Assembly: GCA_964270895.1 (NCBI GenBank)
Contig: OZ185444.1
Source of the DNA: Podarcis filfolensis
Lineage: Eukaryota
Strand: one strand, 5' to 3'
DNA length: 64,000 bases
A program made the position numbers and the translations under genes. Each line of letters starts with the position of its first letter. Position 1 is the first letter of the stretch. This document shows, one piece after another, positions 1-12,899 of this stretch. Below the pieces are notes generated by a model that did not search any database, was not told the DNA's origin, and saw only the letters and a program-made list of their open reading frames with translations.

Positions 1-192
1 TTTTCTGAGATTGTTAATTTGGGGTTTTCATCAGCTGGACGCCATAAACATCACAATTATAACAAATAAAGGCTTAATATATCTTGCTTTGCATGACATG
101 AGTCTATCTCATATATTAGTTTTACCTTTTAAGTTGAATTACTGAAATAAATGAACTTTTCCACAATATTCTAATTTTTTGAGTTTCACCTG
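1..192. mobile_element. Terminal part of a Tc1/mariner-type DNA transposon, cut by the window edge
   Basis: Ends ...AATATTCTAATTTTTTGAGTTTCACCTG followed by TA (193-194). The reverse complement CAGGTGAAACTC..AAAATTAGAATATT resembles Tc1-type TIRs; TA is the Tc1/mariner target. Confidence 0.6.
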
Positions 193-271
193 TATCATTT
201 GATTTGTATGCCACCTTTTCATAGCCAAAACCATGCGCAAGGTGGCTTACAGCATGAAAACAATTACATAA

Positions 272-1108
272 TTGTCGCTGCTCACCCTAGTAATAGGGTT
301 GTCAAACTTGCAGATGACACAACCGTGATTGGGCTCATCCCTGAAAGGGAGGGTGAAACGGATTATAGAGATGAGGTGGAGCGGCTGACAGAGTGGTGCA
401 GAGCTAACAACTTGCTCATAAATACAAGGAAGACAAAGGAGCTTGTGGTGGACTTCAGGAGACAGAAGAGCAATATCCAGCCACTTTTGAGTGATGGGGT
501 CTGTGTGGAGAGGGTAACAACGTTCAGATTTTTGGGCATTGAATTACAAAAGGATCTGTCCTGGAGTGTCAACACAAGGGGGCTTGTGAAGAAGGCGCAG
601 CAGAGACTGTACTTTTTGAGAATTCTAAGGAAAAACCATCTTCCGCAGAAACTGCTGCTTGCCTTCTATAACTGTGCCATTGAGAGCGTGCTCACTTATG
701 GCTTATGTGTGTGGTACGGAAGCTGTACTACCCAGGACAGGATGGGGTTGTGCAGAGTTGTTAAGGCAGCAGAGAGCATTGTTGGCTGCCCACTCTCCAC
801 CTTAGAGCAGATTTATGCCACAAGGTTCCATAGGAAGGCACTGGACATAGTAAAAGATCCATCGCATCCTGGTCACTGTCTCTTCGAGCTCCTGCCGTCG
901 GGATGGAGATACAGGACGATGAAGACAAGAATGAGCCATCTTAAGAACAGCTTCTTCTCCAGAGCGATCTCGGCCCTGAATGGGAAGCCTGGACTTTGAA
1001 AGTCATCTAATCTTCCTTGCTGTACTATACTGTATTGTTTTAATTAGTGTTTTTATGGAGCAGTCAAGTAATTTCATTGTCCCTGAGAGGGGGCAATGAC
1101 AATAAAGA

Positions 1109-1154
<46 letters not shown>
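272..1154 (+). mobile_element. 5'-truncated Rex1/Babar-clade LINE (RT C-terminus, 3' UTR, (ATT)n tail)
   Basis: ORF 199-999 contains HPSNRVVKLADDTTVIGLI, LLINTRKTKELVVDFRR, FRFLGI, KKAQQRLYFLR and HPGHCLFELLPSG, typical Rex1/Babar RT motifs. 3' end reads CAATGACAATAAAG then (ATT)n at ~1110-1154. Confidence 0.85.
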
Positions 1155-2129
1155 GCAAATGTAACAAAAGTAGTTATCAACAATAAATTAAACATCAGAA
1201 AGTACGCAACCAAACTGAACGAAATACAGAGCAAAGATACAAAATATTAACAGCTATAACAACAACAACCCTGCCGACAAAATTCCTATTAGCAATACCC
1301 CAGCGCAAGTAATGAATACAACTGGCAAACCAGGACTGCAGTGACAAGCTGGATACTATAGCAATTCCCTGAAGCCACAGATCTGCTCTTCTGGGGAGTG
1401 CAACCGCGTCTGGAACAGGTGAACCCACTTTTTCAAGGAATTACACCCCTTGACACAGAAACTATCTACCAACAGTAAATCTGATTTGCCATGATCTATA
1501 GATGTCAGTGAGAATATTCTGGAATAAGTGTGCTGTGCACCAAATCCCAATTTAACTTTATTAATTTCCTTAGTGACGGCATGCATTTGTTATACCGTTC
1601 AAGCAATCTAACGACAAAGCACTTAGAAATAAACATGTCCTGCTAAGGACTGATTGTATTGCCTTTGGTGAAGCCTTTGAGATTGAAGGTTTTTCATAGC
1701 AGAATGTTTGTGCTTAAATAGATTTGCTAGTGATAGGGTGAGGTTAAGTTTATTTTTAGAATGCTGTTTGGTGTGTCTCCTCAGAATGATGTAGAATAGC
1801 ATTTCCAAAATCAATTGGAAATGGATTTCCACAGTTTCACATGTTGGAATGAGAGAGGCCACCTGGGTCATTTTTAGTTCAAATGTTTCCATGGAGAAGG
1901 GTTTACCTCTTTATTTAGAAGACTCACTTACAGAGCAATACTATTCTTGCATTACATTTGGGGTTAGGAGGTGGAGGATATATGCTGCCATTATGCTGAT
2001 ATCATAGCTACCCTATTCCATACATGCTCAGCCTGGGAAGGAAGGGGAAAACACCCAACACAGGGGGGGAAAGGGGGGATACAAATTATAGATGTGCCTT
2101 GGAAAAACTTCCAGTGCCCTCCAACTAGC

Positions 2130-2200
2130 TGTGGGATGTGATACATAAGAAGCAGTCAAGTACAACATTCCTTGTTTTCCCAGAGTGGACATGCGAGGGA
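2130..2200. mobile_element. Fragment homologous to the left end of the solo LTR at 51691
   Basis: TGTGGGATGTGATACATAAGAAGCAGTCAAGTACAACATTCCTTGT closely matches TGTGGGATGTGATCCATGAGAGGCAGTCAAGTACAACATTCCTTGT at 51691. Confidence 0.7.
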
Positions 2201-2489
2201 AAGGGCATCACGTGGATTTCCAGAGGCCCTTTCCCTCTATGTTGCCAGACTTCCAATAAAGGGAGGCCAATCACTGTAAAAAGACTGATCTTGGTCAATG
2301 GCAATCTAAACTCAAGAACCCAGGGATGGTGAGCTCTTCATCAGTTGCTGGACTATAAATGCCATCATCCCTGACCATTGGTCATGCTGGTTAGGATCAG
2401 TGGGGGCTGATTATCCACTCCAGCCTTACTGATGGGGCACAGATTGGGGTATGATAAACATAGCTTAATTTTTCAGCAACCTTTCTTAT

Positions 2490-2492
<3 letters not shown>

Positions 2493-2529
<37 letters not shown>
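2493..2529. repeat. (TC)n microsatellite
   Basis: Read directly from the sequence. Confidence 0.95.
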
Positions 2530-2532
<3 letters not shown>

Positions 2533-2596
2533 CACTGCTCAGGAAATTTTCCTAAGTTCAGGTTTAGTTTCCTTTGGATGAGAATTGGGAACTGCC

Positions 2597-2598
2597 AT

Positions 2599-2638
<40 letters not shown>

Positions 2639-3322
2639 ATGTATTTTTATTAAAGATTTTCTTGGTTTACAAAAGTATGTGCAATGTCTCTCTCTCGTTT
2701 TCAAGGAACATTTTTTTACAGATCAGTTTCATTTGTTGAGACATTAGAAGAAAGGGGGTAAAGAGGTGGAGGGAGGAAAGGTGAGTGGGGGTGGGGTCGG
2801 GTGGCGATGTTTCTATTTTATGTAATATATGTGGGGTTTTGTGTCAGTGTCGCTTGTGCAGGTTCTCTGCTGTTCACTTGTGTTCCTTTGGTGGTGAGAG
2901 AAGTTGGGGTTGGCCTAGGGTGTGGCTGTTCGTTTGTGATTGGCTGTGGGGATCTTTGCTTTCATGTGTGGGGTGGGTGTTTTGGGTAAGGTTAGCCATA
3001 GTGATTTGTATGCTGTTGGTGGATTTTTGTCATTGTCTTGTTGGGCTGTGTATGTGATAAAGGGGAGCCATACCGGGGTGAAGGCATCTTCTTCTATTTG
3101 TCCCCATGTCAGTTTAAGTTTATTGGTTAATTTTTCTAGTAAGGCTGTTTTCCATACTATTTGGTACCATTAGTCCATGCTTACTCCTGAAGGGTCTCTG
3201 CAGTGTCTGGCTATGGTGTTTCTGGCTGCTGAGAATAGGTGGGTTATGAGTTCTTTGTGGTGTAAACAGGCATTGTTGTCTTGGAAGATGTTTAGTAGGG
3301 CCAATTCTGGGGTGATTTCTAA
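2597..3322 (-). mobile_element. L1-clade LINE 3' fragment (ORF2 C-terminus, 3' UTR, (TAAA)n tail)
   Basis: Manual minus-strand translation from 3322: LEITPELALLNIF..ELITHLFSAARNTIARHC..*WYQIVWKTALLEKLT, resembling reptile/fish L1 ORF2 C-termini. (ATTT)n at ~2597-2636 is the tail. Confidence 0.65.
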
Positions 3323-4358
3323 TACTTAGTTATTTTACATATTTCTTGTATGGCTGTTGTCCAGAATACAGTAGTTGGATTTTGGGGCACTCCCACCACA
3401 TGTAAATGTTGTGTTTGGGGAGGGACACTGGTTTGCAACACTTGCCCAATGGCATTGCACCTAGTGCTTTTACATACAGATTCTCACCTTCCTAAATTCG
3501 AGGTTGTGGAATTAGTTTAAGGAGAGCTAGCCTTTCTTATTTTTTAGAACCAGGTTAGTTGGTATGTCACCACATCTTTGACTCCTACGGCTGGAATTCT
3601 CCTTCTTGGTTTCCAAATTCTAATACGTTTTTATGAAGGGTGTTCTATAAATGTCTCAAATAAAATAAATGTGCATCAGAAGTGCAGCATGAGAAGAATG
3701 TTGCATTTTTGTTTTGTGTGTGTTGTTTGTGTGCATGCACACATGCACACACAGCTTTCAGTGGACTAATGGTGCAGTAGAAACTGTCAACAGCCTCTTT
3801 CTCTTTTCACCTTCTCACTAAAGCTTCTGAAAGACTTCCTTGGTTACTTATGTTTTGAAATATAATGTGCAACATGATCTCAAAATACAGTAGCACCCCC
3901 TCCTCCATGATGGGCACAACTTTGTGCAGTTGTTCTGCTTTTAATTTGTAAGTTGTCTTTTGAATCCATTTTAGGTTGAAAAGTCTACTGGCCTCAATGC
4001 AGAAATGTTTCTTAACATTATTAATTTCAGTTATTTAGGACACTCTTAATTATGGTAATTATAGCTTGTTCTTCTGTTATGCCCGTGGATAGTTTCCAGG
4101 CACATAATCACAAGTCTATGGCCAACATCAGAATTCAGCTTAACTCTTGCTCCTTAAAAGCTTGGATATGTGTGGCAATTGTAAGTAGCACTTTAACAAA
4201 TAAGTTACAGAAATCAAGCTCTGTTGTCCTCCTGTGACGATCATGCCAGTCATTTTGCTAAGCAATTTTTAATCCACCTGCACCGTAAACAACTCCTCTA
4301 TTCCAAAGGGGGAAACAATGTGTGGAGGAAAGACTTTTGTAGTATGAATAAAACAAAA

Positions 4359-4380
4359 CACACACACACACACACACACA
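4359..4380. repeat. (CA)n microsatellite
   Basis: Read directly from the sequence. Confidence 0.95.
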
Positions 4381-5326
4381 AACATTCAATGGAAAAATGT
4401 ACCTTCTGGGATATCGCTTCTTATCTCCAAAGAAAGCTATTTAACATTTTAGGTCAGGCTCCTTGAATGTGCTATATTCATTCACATAGCTATAGATGGT
4501 AATATAAACAGAATATTAATGCATTTGAAAAAGCCATTTACAAAACTCGGCACACCTCTCCACAAAAACCCCCCTCAATGTTCTGTTAACCAGCCTATCG
4601 GGAAAGAAAACAGTCAGAAATGGATGCAAATAAAACCTGAATATTTTTAGTACAAATGTAAACTATTTGGGGGGGGGGAGGTTACTATCAGCCATAATTG
4701 CAGTTTGTACACACGCCTTTGTATTCTGAGATCATACCGCACATTATATTTGAAAGTATAAGTAACCATCAGATGCCTTAGTGAGAAGGTGAAAAGAGTT
4801 TCTTATTGCAAGGTAAATTGCTGTAATTTCTCATAGTCAGAGGGTCAGGAGCTCAGATACTGATCTCATCCACTTACTCAGATAGGACAACGTTATTGAT
4901 AAACACCTTGGTACTTGCGGTGTCTGCTGAGAATTGATGCCAGTCCTCCATGCTTACATCAACAGAACAGCCTCTTTCTTGCTAATCTCCTCGCTAACCT
5001 TTATACCTCAAGCAATACTCTTCAATATCGAATTAATCACAGTTTTGCCAATACCATCTGATACTTCAATTTACTACCTGACATTTTCTTTTATTCTAGA
5101 AAGGCAGACTCTGAACAAAATAAAAGTAAGTTTCCATTTAAGTGAGGCTTGCATAACTTCAATGGCAAATTAAAAATGAACAGTCATTGTTCTGACCTGC
5201 TAAGCATATTGTGAAACAAAAAAAGAACCCATATCTCCTAAACTAACAAAGTTCCACTTTGAGTTCTATGAAATTTCCTCCCGGGTTCATAATAATAATT
5301 ATAAGCAAGCAGGTCATAGGGTAGAT

Positions 5327-5578
5327 TAAAGGTAAAGGGACCCCTGACCATCAGGTCCAGTCGTGGCCGACTCTGGGGTTGCGGCGCTCATCTTGCTTTA
5401 TTGGCCGAGGGAGCTGGCGTACAGCTTCCAGGTCATGTGGCCAGCATGACTAAGCCTCTTCTGGCGAACCAGAGCAGCACACGGAAACGCCATTTACCTT
5501 CCCGCCAGAGCAGTACCTATTTATCTGCTTGCACTTTGACATGCTTTCGAACTGCTAGGTTGGCAGGAGCAGGGACCC
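5327..5578 (-). mobile_element. Sauria SINE, lacking its tRNA-derived head
   Basis: TAAAGGTAAAGGGACCCC tail (reverse complement of (ACCTTT)n) and a body matching the other seven copies. Confidence 0.9.
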
Positions 5579-8542
5579 TAAAAGAGAGAAATTCACCAAA
5601 TCCTTTTATGCAAACCACGATTCTCAGTATGAAGGCTACTGTCATTGCCTGGCTGCAATTAACTGAGATTGTGCAATGACAGCACTTGCCAGTTATAACT
5701 ATTTTTCTTTTTTTTTTAAAGACAGTGAGAATCAAATGTATGCATACTGTTCTGGTCCACTGCTGTATTTCTGTCTTAACCAGGAAGAGTGATAAACACT
5801 GACTCTGTGAAATGTTTCAATCCTGCATGTGTTGTTGCCCTGTGTCTTCTGATGTGTCAGACCCACAACAGGGCACTTGGTTCTGTTATGTTTTCATTTC
5901 CTTGTGCATTTTCAAGAGTGATTCTGATTGAATCATGTATTCAGGATATAATAGCAATTTTGAAATAGATAACTCCCAGTAGTTAGGCTGTGTTAGGTTG
6001 CCTGAGGTGTTTTTGGATGGGTTAAGAACTACACTGAGCCTTGACATATACTCACAATTTTGTGCTGTGAATTTAAATTTCACAAAACCTGTTCAAAATC
6101 TCCCAGCATTCCATTATTTCAGGATCATTAACACAACAGGTCAACTGGTGGTGTAAAATGAGTTTGTACTCAGGGGGTTTATCTTATGTACCAAATGCAG
6201 ACCTTGTGCCACAGGAAAATGGAATTATGGAACTAAATCAAAAAGGATTGTTGGTCTTTGTATAAAATTCAATAATAAAAGCCGTGGACTGTGATTTGAA
6301 TTGCCCTTAAGTATCAAAAAATAAAAATTGGTGAATTGAATCAAAACATGAATACAGAATACTGCTATGCGGAAGGAACCTACAGCGAGTATTTGGTTTA
6401 CTGAAATCTGATTTGAACTTCCCCTCAAAAATAAAGTGGGAGGGATTGGGGACACTAAGTCTTTGAGCCTCAGAAACAGATGCCCACACCTCCCATTTTA
6501 GCCATGCCATTAGTTTAAAAGGAATCCTTTTAGAAAACTAGAAACTTCATTGAAGCCCAAATTCTAGGGGTTATATAATTATGTATATATATATATATTA
6601 TTTATGTATACAAAGTGTCAAGTGTGAGTTGAGTTATCATAATATGAAGTCTTGGGGTGTGTGTTTTTTTTTTCCTTAAAAAAATCAGGGCTGACTAGTT
6701 ATTGGCAACTATGTGCACTTGCTTAGAAATTGATTGGTTTTGGGATAATTTTCACTAGTGCTTTAATTCAGGGATTACCGAGCAGTGGGTTCCTCCTTTG
6801 ACCTTCTCCAGTTATAGCAACTCTGAGACAAATCTTTGTTATTGTAACTGAAAAGTAGATAAGAATCAGGATGTCTTGCAATAAATTGACTTAAGTAAAA
6901 CTTACAGGATGGAGCTGAACTTAGTCTTGCTTAGAGAAGACCCGTTGAAATTATTGTGTCTGTTCTGTGCATGACTAAATCCTGATTCAACTCGCAGCAG
7001 CAAAAATAAGAACGGAAAAGCAAGTTCAAGATAGGGGACACACAGCTAGAAAAGGTTCTAGCTAACTTTATGAATGTGCTGTTGTAGAATATGTCATATG
7101 TCTCTATATCTACTATGCTATCTTTGCAAGTTGAAGCTTAATTGTATTATACCATCCTATTTGAACATGACTGGCATTTTGAAACATTCATTTCTTTTAA
7201 AATATTCTAACCATTTATTAAAAGAATATTCTAACCTGGCATATCAAAGGGATTTATTTCTAAGTAACATGGAGAGCTTAGATAATGTGTTTGCAGTTAT
7301 ATTTTTCTGAACTTCAAAATCTTAGATTTCAGGGAGATGAATGTATATATTAAGTCGTACTGTTAATACTATATTGTGAGAAATGAAAGGTGGCAAATTT
7401 AGCAAAGTGGTCTTATGTGACAATGTACTAACTGGGGCTTTTATTGCAAGTGATGTCTGCAATTACAGAATGCTGGTGCACATACAACATAGAGGGGGCA
7501 AAATATGTATTGGAGGGTCAGCAGAAGAGAGAAGGTAATGATTCCTAATCTTCATATTCCTCTACCAGAAGAGAGTTCTTAAGAGCATTAAAATAATTCC
7601 TTAGAGCACAGAGGACTGAAATGATCCCTAGATTATCTGCTGGTAATCCATTTCATCCTGTTGAACAGAAGAAGCTGTAATTCACCGTAATGCCTAGTCA
7701 ATGAAACTTTGGGTTTTATTCATAAAAAGAACAACCCAAAGCTTCTAAACTATATTCCATATAGCTTGCTTGTAAACTTTAGCACATTGCCATTCAGAAT
7801 TGCACATGCAGTTACTAAAGTAGTTGCTTGTGAGGATTCCCAGGTAAGATCCTCCCTCTATTGTGTGGGCAGGTAATCCCTCCCATACCTGGCCTGGTCT
7901 CCTTGGCAACGCTTCCCCCAGGTGGGATTGGACAACTGACTGAGGTAGGCGGAGACCTCCAGGTATCCCACCTGAGGGAAGGCAAAGCCAAGCCTATGCT
8001 GTTGGAGCCGCTCCAGATCTAGGGGCTGCACGCATCCACGCAAAGGGCGCCCCCCATTTTAAGTGGGGAGCGGTCATTGTGGGAAGGAAGATCTTTGCAT
8101 TACAATTCTGTTTCATCAGACTGATGGATTAGAACAGCATGCTTAGATTTAAAAAAAAAAATCAGTTCACATGGTCAGGATTTTATCTGTGTTATGCATC
8201 CTTTTTATCAAGCGATATCATCTCTGAAAGATGTGGGGTCTCCATCTATTCTGTTTACATAATGTGAATACATTTTTGGATATTTGGCTGGCAATGGCTT
8301 GTGTTTTTTCATAGAAGTACAAAGAGCTGCCTGTTCATTTCCTTCTGCATCACCCAGTGTGTCGATAATATTAGATCACTGTATGGCTGTAATGATGTCA
8401 CAAACTGCAGAACCTGGCCTCCATACATGCATTAGTTTCCTCCTACAATTTCTTGAAAATAGCAGGAAGAACTTTCTCATACTATTTCCTGCAAACCCTG
8501 ATCTGTTGCTATCCAATAGTCTCATCAGATAAGACTACTGCA

Positions 8543-8791
8543 CAGCATGGTGTAGTGGCTAAGAGCGGTGGACTCGTAATCTGGTGAACCGGGTTCGCTT
8601 CCCCATTCCTCCACAAGCAGCTGCTGGGTGACCTTGGGCTAGTCACACTTCTTTGAAGTCTCTCAGCCTCACTCACCTCACAGAGTGTTTGTTGTGGGGG
8701 AGGAAGGGAAAGGAGATTGTTAGCCGCTTTGAGACTCCTTAATGGGAGTGAAAGGCGGAATATCAAGTCCAAACTTCTCCTCTTCTTCTTC
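8543..8791 (+). mobile_element. tRNA-derived SINE with L2-like 3' end and (CTT)n tail
   Basis: A-box-like TGGTGTAGTGG, B-box-like GGTTCGCTTCC, 3' AGCCGCTTTGAGACTCC..GGCGG. Homologous to 48154-48410 and 51437-51680. Confidence 0.85.
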
Positions 8792-8853
8792 TAATTTATT
8801 ATTAAGGCAAAATATTTTGCCTAGTATGGACTTCCAAGCAAAATTTGCCTAAA

Positions 8854-8855
<2 letters not shown>

Positions 8856-8936
<81 letters not shown>
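8856..8936. repeat. Compound (AT)n(CA)n microsatellite
   Basis: Read directly from the sequence. Confidence 0.95.
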
Positions 8937-8938
<2 letters not shown>

Positions 8939-9661
8939 AGGCCAAATGATCACTGCCGGTCAGCAAATGTTTCTGAACAGAATCGGAATTTAGATGTTTG
9001 TTTTGGAATTTCACATTTACATTATTGCCTGAAACTACTATATACTTTGTAAATGATTTGGCTAGGCATTCCCCACCACCACCACACTTCTGACCTGCAG
9101 CCTCTCATCATAGCAGTGGTTTATTGCCACTTAGCAGAGCCTGAAACAAGAAGGCTTGAAATGTAGTTGGTATGAAGTACGGCTAATTTGGTGACAGGAC
9201 TGGGTGCACAGCTGTAGCTGACAATCTAGCATTCAGATGCATTGAACAGGCATTCTTAGTTGACCTAAATCCACATTAGTGCTGCACTGAAAACCTATGA
9301 TGGGTTCATGCACTACATCACCCAGCCATAAGGGAATGGTAGGTGTTACATTGGGGATAAAATACTTGTAATGGAGATAGTTAATGTAAATGCATATTGT
9401 CCCCCCATCCACCCTTTTTTCCTACATGGTTTTGGCTTTGTTATGCTGTCTTATAGGTCCTTGATACCACTAGACTTGGTTATTACAAAGAGCAAATGGC
9501 TTCAGTTTTGTTTATGCATGGCTGTTTCTAGGGTCTCCTGTCTTCAATTCTGACTTTTTTTTTAGAGGACGTGATTAATGATGAATGCTTCTGCACTCCT
9601 GCAATTATTACTTAACTCTATTTAAGGAGATGTCAGCATGTTAGACAGATATATTCCAGAT

Positions 9662-9751
9662 CATAGTTGTCAATGTTTCCCATTTTTAAAGGGAAATTCC
9701 CTTATTCCGAATAGGATTCCTCACAAGAAAAGGGAAAAGTTGACAGCTATG
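9662..9751. mobile_element. 90-bp hAT-type MITE
   Basis: TIRs CATAGTTGTCAA / TTGACAGCTATG; perfect 8-bp TSD TTCCAGAT (9654-9661, 9752-9759). Second copy at 36237. Confidence 0.9.
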
Positions 9752-10525
9752 TTCCAGATCGACAAGGAAGTGATGTTGGAAAGTATGTATGTGCATTGCA
9801 AATCTTTTATTGCTTGTAACATAGATCACACAACAGATTTATATATGGTTATGAATGAGTTAATTTTGCTCACAAAATAATGAAACTTAAATCACACGAC
9901 CAAAATTGGGCAGAAATGCATGTTCTTAATTTAGTATGTGACAGAGAATCATCCTACTAAAATGGTAGACAGCCATTCCCCCCCCCCCTTATTGTTACTT
10001 TTACAAATCTAGGTAAGTAAAAACAATGTATAGCTATACAAAAATCCAGATGGAGCACAGAGTACCAAACCCCCAAAGGGGGGTTGCCTATGTCTACTCA
10101 GAAGTTAGTTTTATTGAACTCTCTGGGGCTAACTCCCAGATTAAGCAGGGTTTGAATTGCAGCCTGAGTTCCCTGTTGATGACTTATGTTTCTGATAATA
10201 GGAATGGATATCCTACCTGCATGATAGCTGATTCATTTGTTACAACTGATGTAATTCTAGTGCTATTAAAGTCATGCAGAATAAAATATTCTGCTCTTAA
10301 TTTCCTTTTGTGTGTGGTTCCTCTGGTCAAGAGAAATTTCTCCCTGAGACCATCATGGCCATTACTGCATAATGGGGGGTTGCAATTGATCATATTGATT
10401 TTTCTAGTAAGAATAACAGAAATCTCTGAATAATTTTACCTATTTAAAAATAAATAAACTGTGTACAATGACAATATTAAGAAGGATATAGGCTAGATCT
10501 GACAGTTACGTGACTATATTAAATA

Positions 10526-10766
10526 CAGTGGTACCTCGGTTTACGAACTTAATCCGTTCTGGAAGTCTGTTCTTAAACCAAAACCATTCTTAAACCAAGG
10601 CACGCTTTCCCTAATGAGGCCTCACACCGCCAGTGCCCTTCCACCATTCGGATTCTGTTCTTAAACCGAGGTAAAGTTTGCAAACCAGGACACTACTTCC
10701 AGTTTTGTAGAGTTCGTAAACCGAATCGTTCATAAACAGGGCTGTTCTTAAACCGAGGTACCACGG
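10526..10766. mobile_element. Tc1/mariner-superfamily (pogo/Tigger-like) MITE
   Basis: TIRs CAGTGGTACCTCGG / CCGAGGTACCACGG, flanked by TA on both sides. Confidence 0.9.
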
Positions 10767-12899
10767 TATGTCATTTATGCAGTAATGTTAGAAGAGATCT
10801 AATGAGCAATCTAGGACAGCCCCTGTATCTAGACTGAACCAGTTCAGTTCAATTTTCTTCTTCTTTAATCTGTTTTTCGGTTAAGAAGCAATATTTGATA
10901 GCCAGGCTAAAGCTGTTTCTTTCAACTTTGGCAGTGTTCCTCAGGACAGAGAAGAGGAAGTTATGGTCATTTCTTTCATATGCTTAAAAATTGTCACTGC
11001 ACCTTTCCTTCATACCTGTCCTTCATCTAAGAAGGTTTCTGCTGCACTATTTTTATATTGCATGTTACAGATTTTTCTTACTATCGTTCTGATGTTTCCT
11101 CCAACAACCAACTGAGGTTGGAACTAGAAAAACAATATCTGACTTAAGTTCACCTCTGAGATAATATGTATGTACCAACTTATTCAGTTGTATAAGAACT
11201 ATGTTGTAATTTTGATTTTTCATCCTTTCATACTATACCTCAAATTGGCTTTGAATAAATAGTTAACTCTTTGTTTGATTTTGTCAGATTTCAAGGTTTC
11301 CAAGTATTCACGTTTTTCACTGTTTTCTGGGGTTTGTGCTTCATTCAGTGATTAGCAATGGGGCAGTTACAAAAATTCAATAAAAATATTGCAGTCTACT
11401 CTGCCCTCCTCTTCCCCCTTCACAGAACACCTGGTTTTTAAAATGATGGATTCTACCCTATTCCTTAGGTCAGCTAATACATTCTTAGGGTGTTTCTTCA
11501 CAATGTGGGGGTGGAAGCAAAGGCCATGAGATGAGCTTGATGTAGCAGTTCTATTCTTGGCTAACCTTGAGGAAACTGGAGCAGTTATTATGTTTTGGTT
11601 TTGGAGGAATTGCTTAGCTAAAACAACAACAACAAAAGTTGAACCATTCTGACCAGGAAAAATTCTGTGCCAACTAGAAATCTGTTCCATCAATACCAGA
11701 GCTACTGATTTATAGGGCCTGTACAAATTAGACAGAGATGGAGGTTGCTTGAGACACTATTTGAGTGCCCTGCATCAACTTCACACTTCAGCTACATGTC
11801 TATGCTACAAGCACATCGATTTTATGGGAGCATGGTTCACCTGCCATGGTTCACCTGTTGAATTCTGCTAGCGATCCCAATCTTGTTTCATTGCACCACA
11901 GCCAGAAACTTTAAAACTAGAGTAAATCTGTGGTGAAGATTTGTTCTGAGTATCATAAACAACCAGCCTTCCACTCAGATCCTACATATTCGGAAGGAAA
12001 TCCATTCTGTTAAGCAAAAATGGACTTTCAAATAAGTTGTATAGGGTTCCAGCCTTACAGCACTATGCATACCTACATAAGTTCAGTGGGGCTCTCTTTG
12101 TATGTTTTTGCAACACTGAAGAAACTATATACTCTTTTTCTAGTCTCGAAATGCAATTCACATTTTCTGACTCTTTCTGCACCAAAACGGTTCTGCAGTC
12201 TTGCTGGGCATAGCGGCACCCACTGAAATAAGATCTTAATTATATCTAAACAGACTGAATACTGACTGCGTGGATACCATTGAACCTTCATTTACTGTTT
12301 GTTGTAGGGATAGTACTAGTACTGGGCAGGCACTAAGTCTATTTTGGAAGATGGGTCAAGAGTACATAAAAAAAATGTGCATGTATGCATATAAAATAAC
12401 AGAGCACAATGATTTTTCGCAATATTTGCTTAGGCAATGGAATTGACGAAAATGGTTAGGCAAGTCCCATTAATTTCAATGAAGTAAGCCCTATTGATTT
12501 TAGTGACACTTGCTGCCAGGTAGATAGCTTGCAGTGTAAGAAATTATGATAAGGAGATGCAGTGCCAATAGTAACATCCCCGGGGAGCCGCTGGATGTCA
12601 ATAGGTAGTTATCAGAAACAGGTGGTATGCCTTGAGAGGGGAACTACCAGCAAGCTGCAGATGGCACAGTGACATTATCGGCGGAAAAGAAAAGTAATGG
12701 AAGTGTGATCTGCAGAGAAGTAAACGAAAGGGAGTGCTAAACAGCAAAAAGCAGCCTGCGCTTCGCATGCCTCTAAGCTGCTCTTCTGTATTTCCCGCAC
12801 CGTTCCATGTGGCCCATGTTGCTTCCGAAATGGTCCTTCTTCCCCGTGGCATCACTTACATCACACTTCTCAGCACACAGCAAGCGCACTGTCTGGGAT

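Noticed and set aside
7850-8060. Small GC-rich patch upstream of the island
   Set aside because: No recognisable motif, TSD or second copy in the window.
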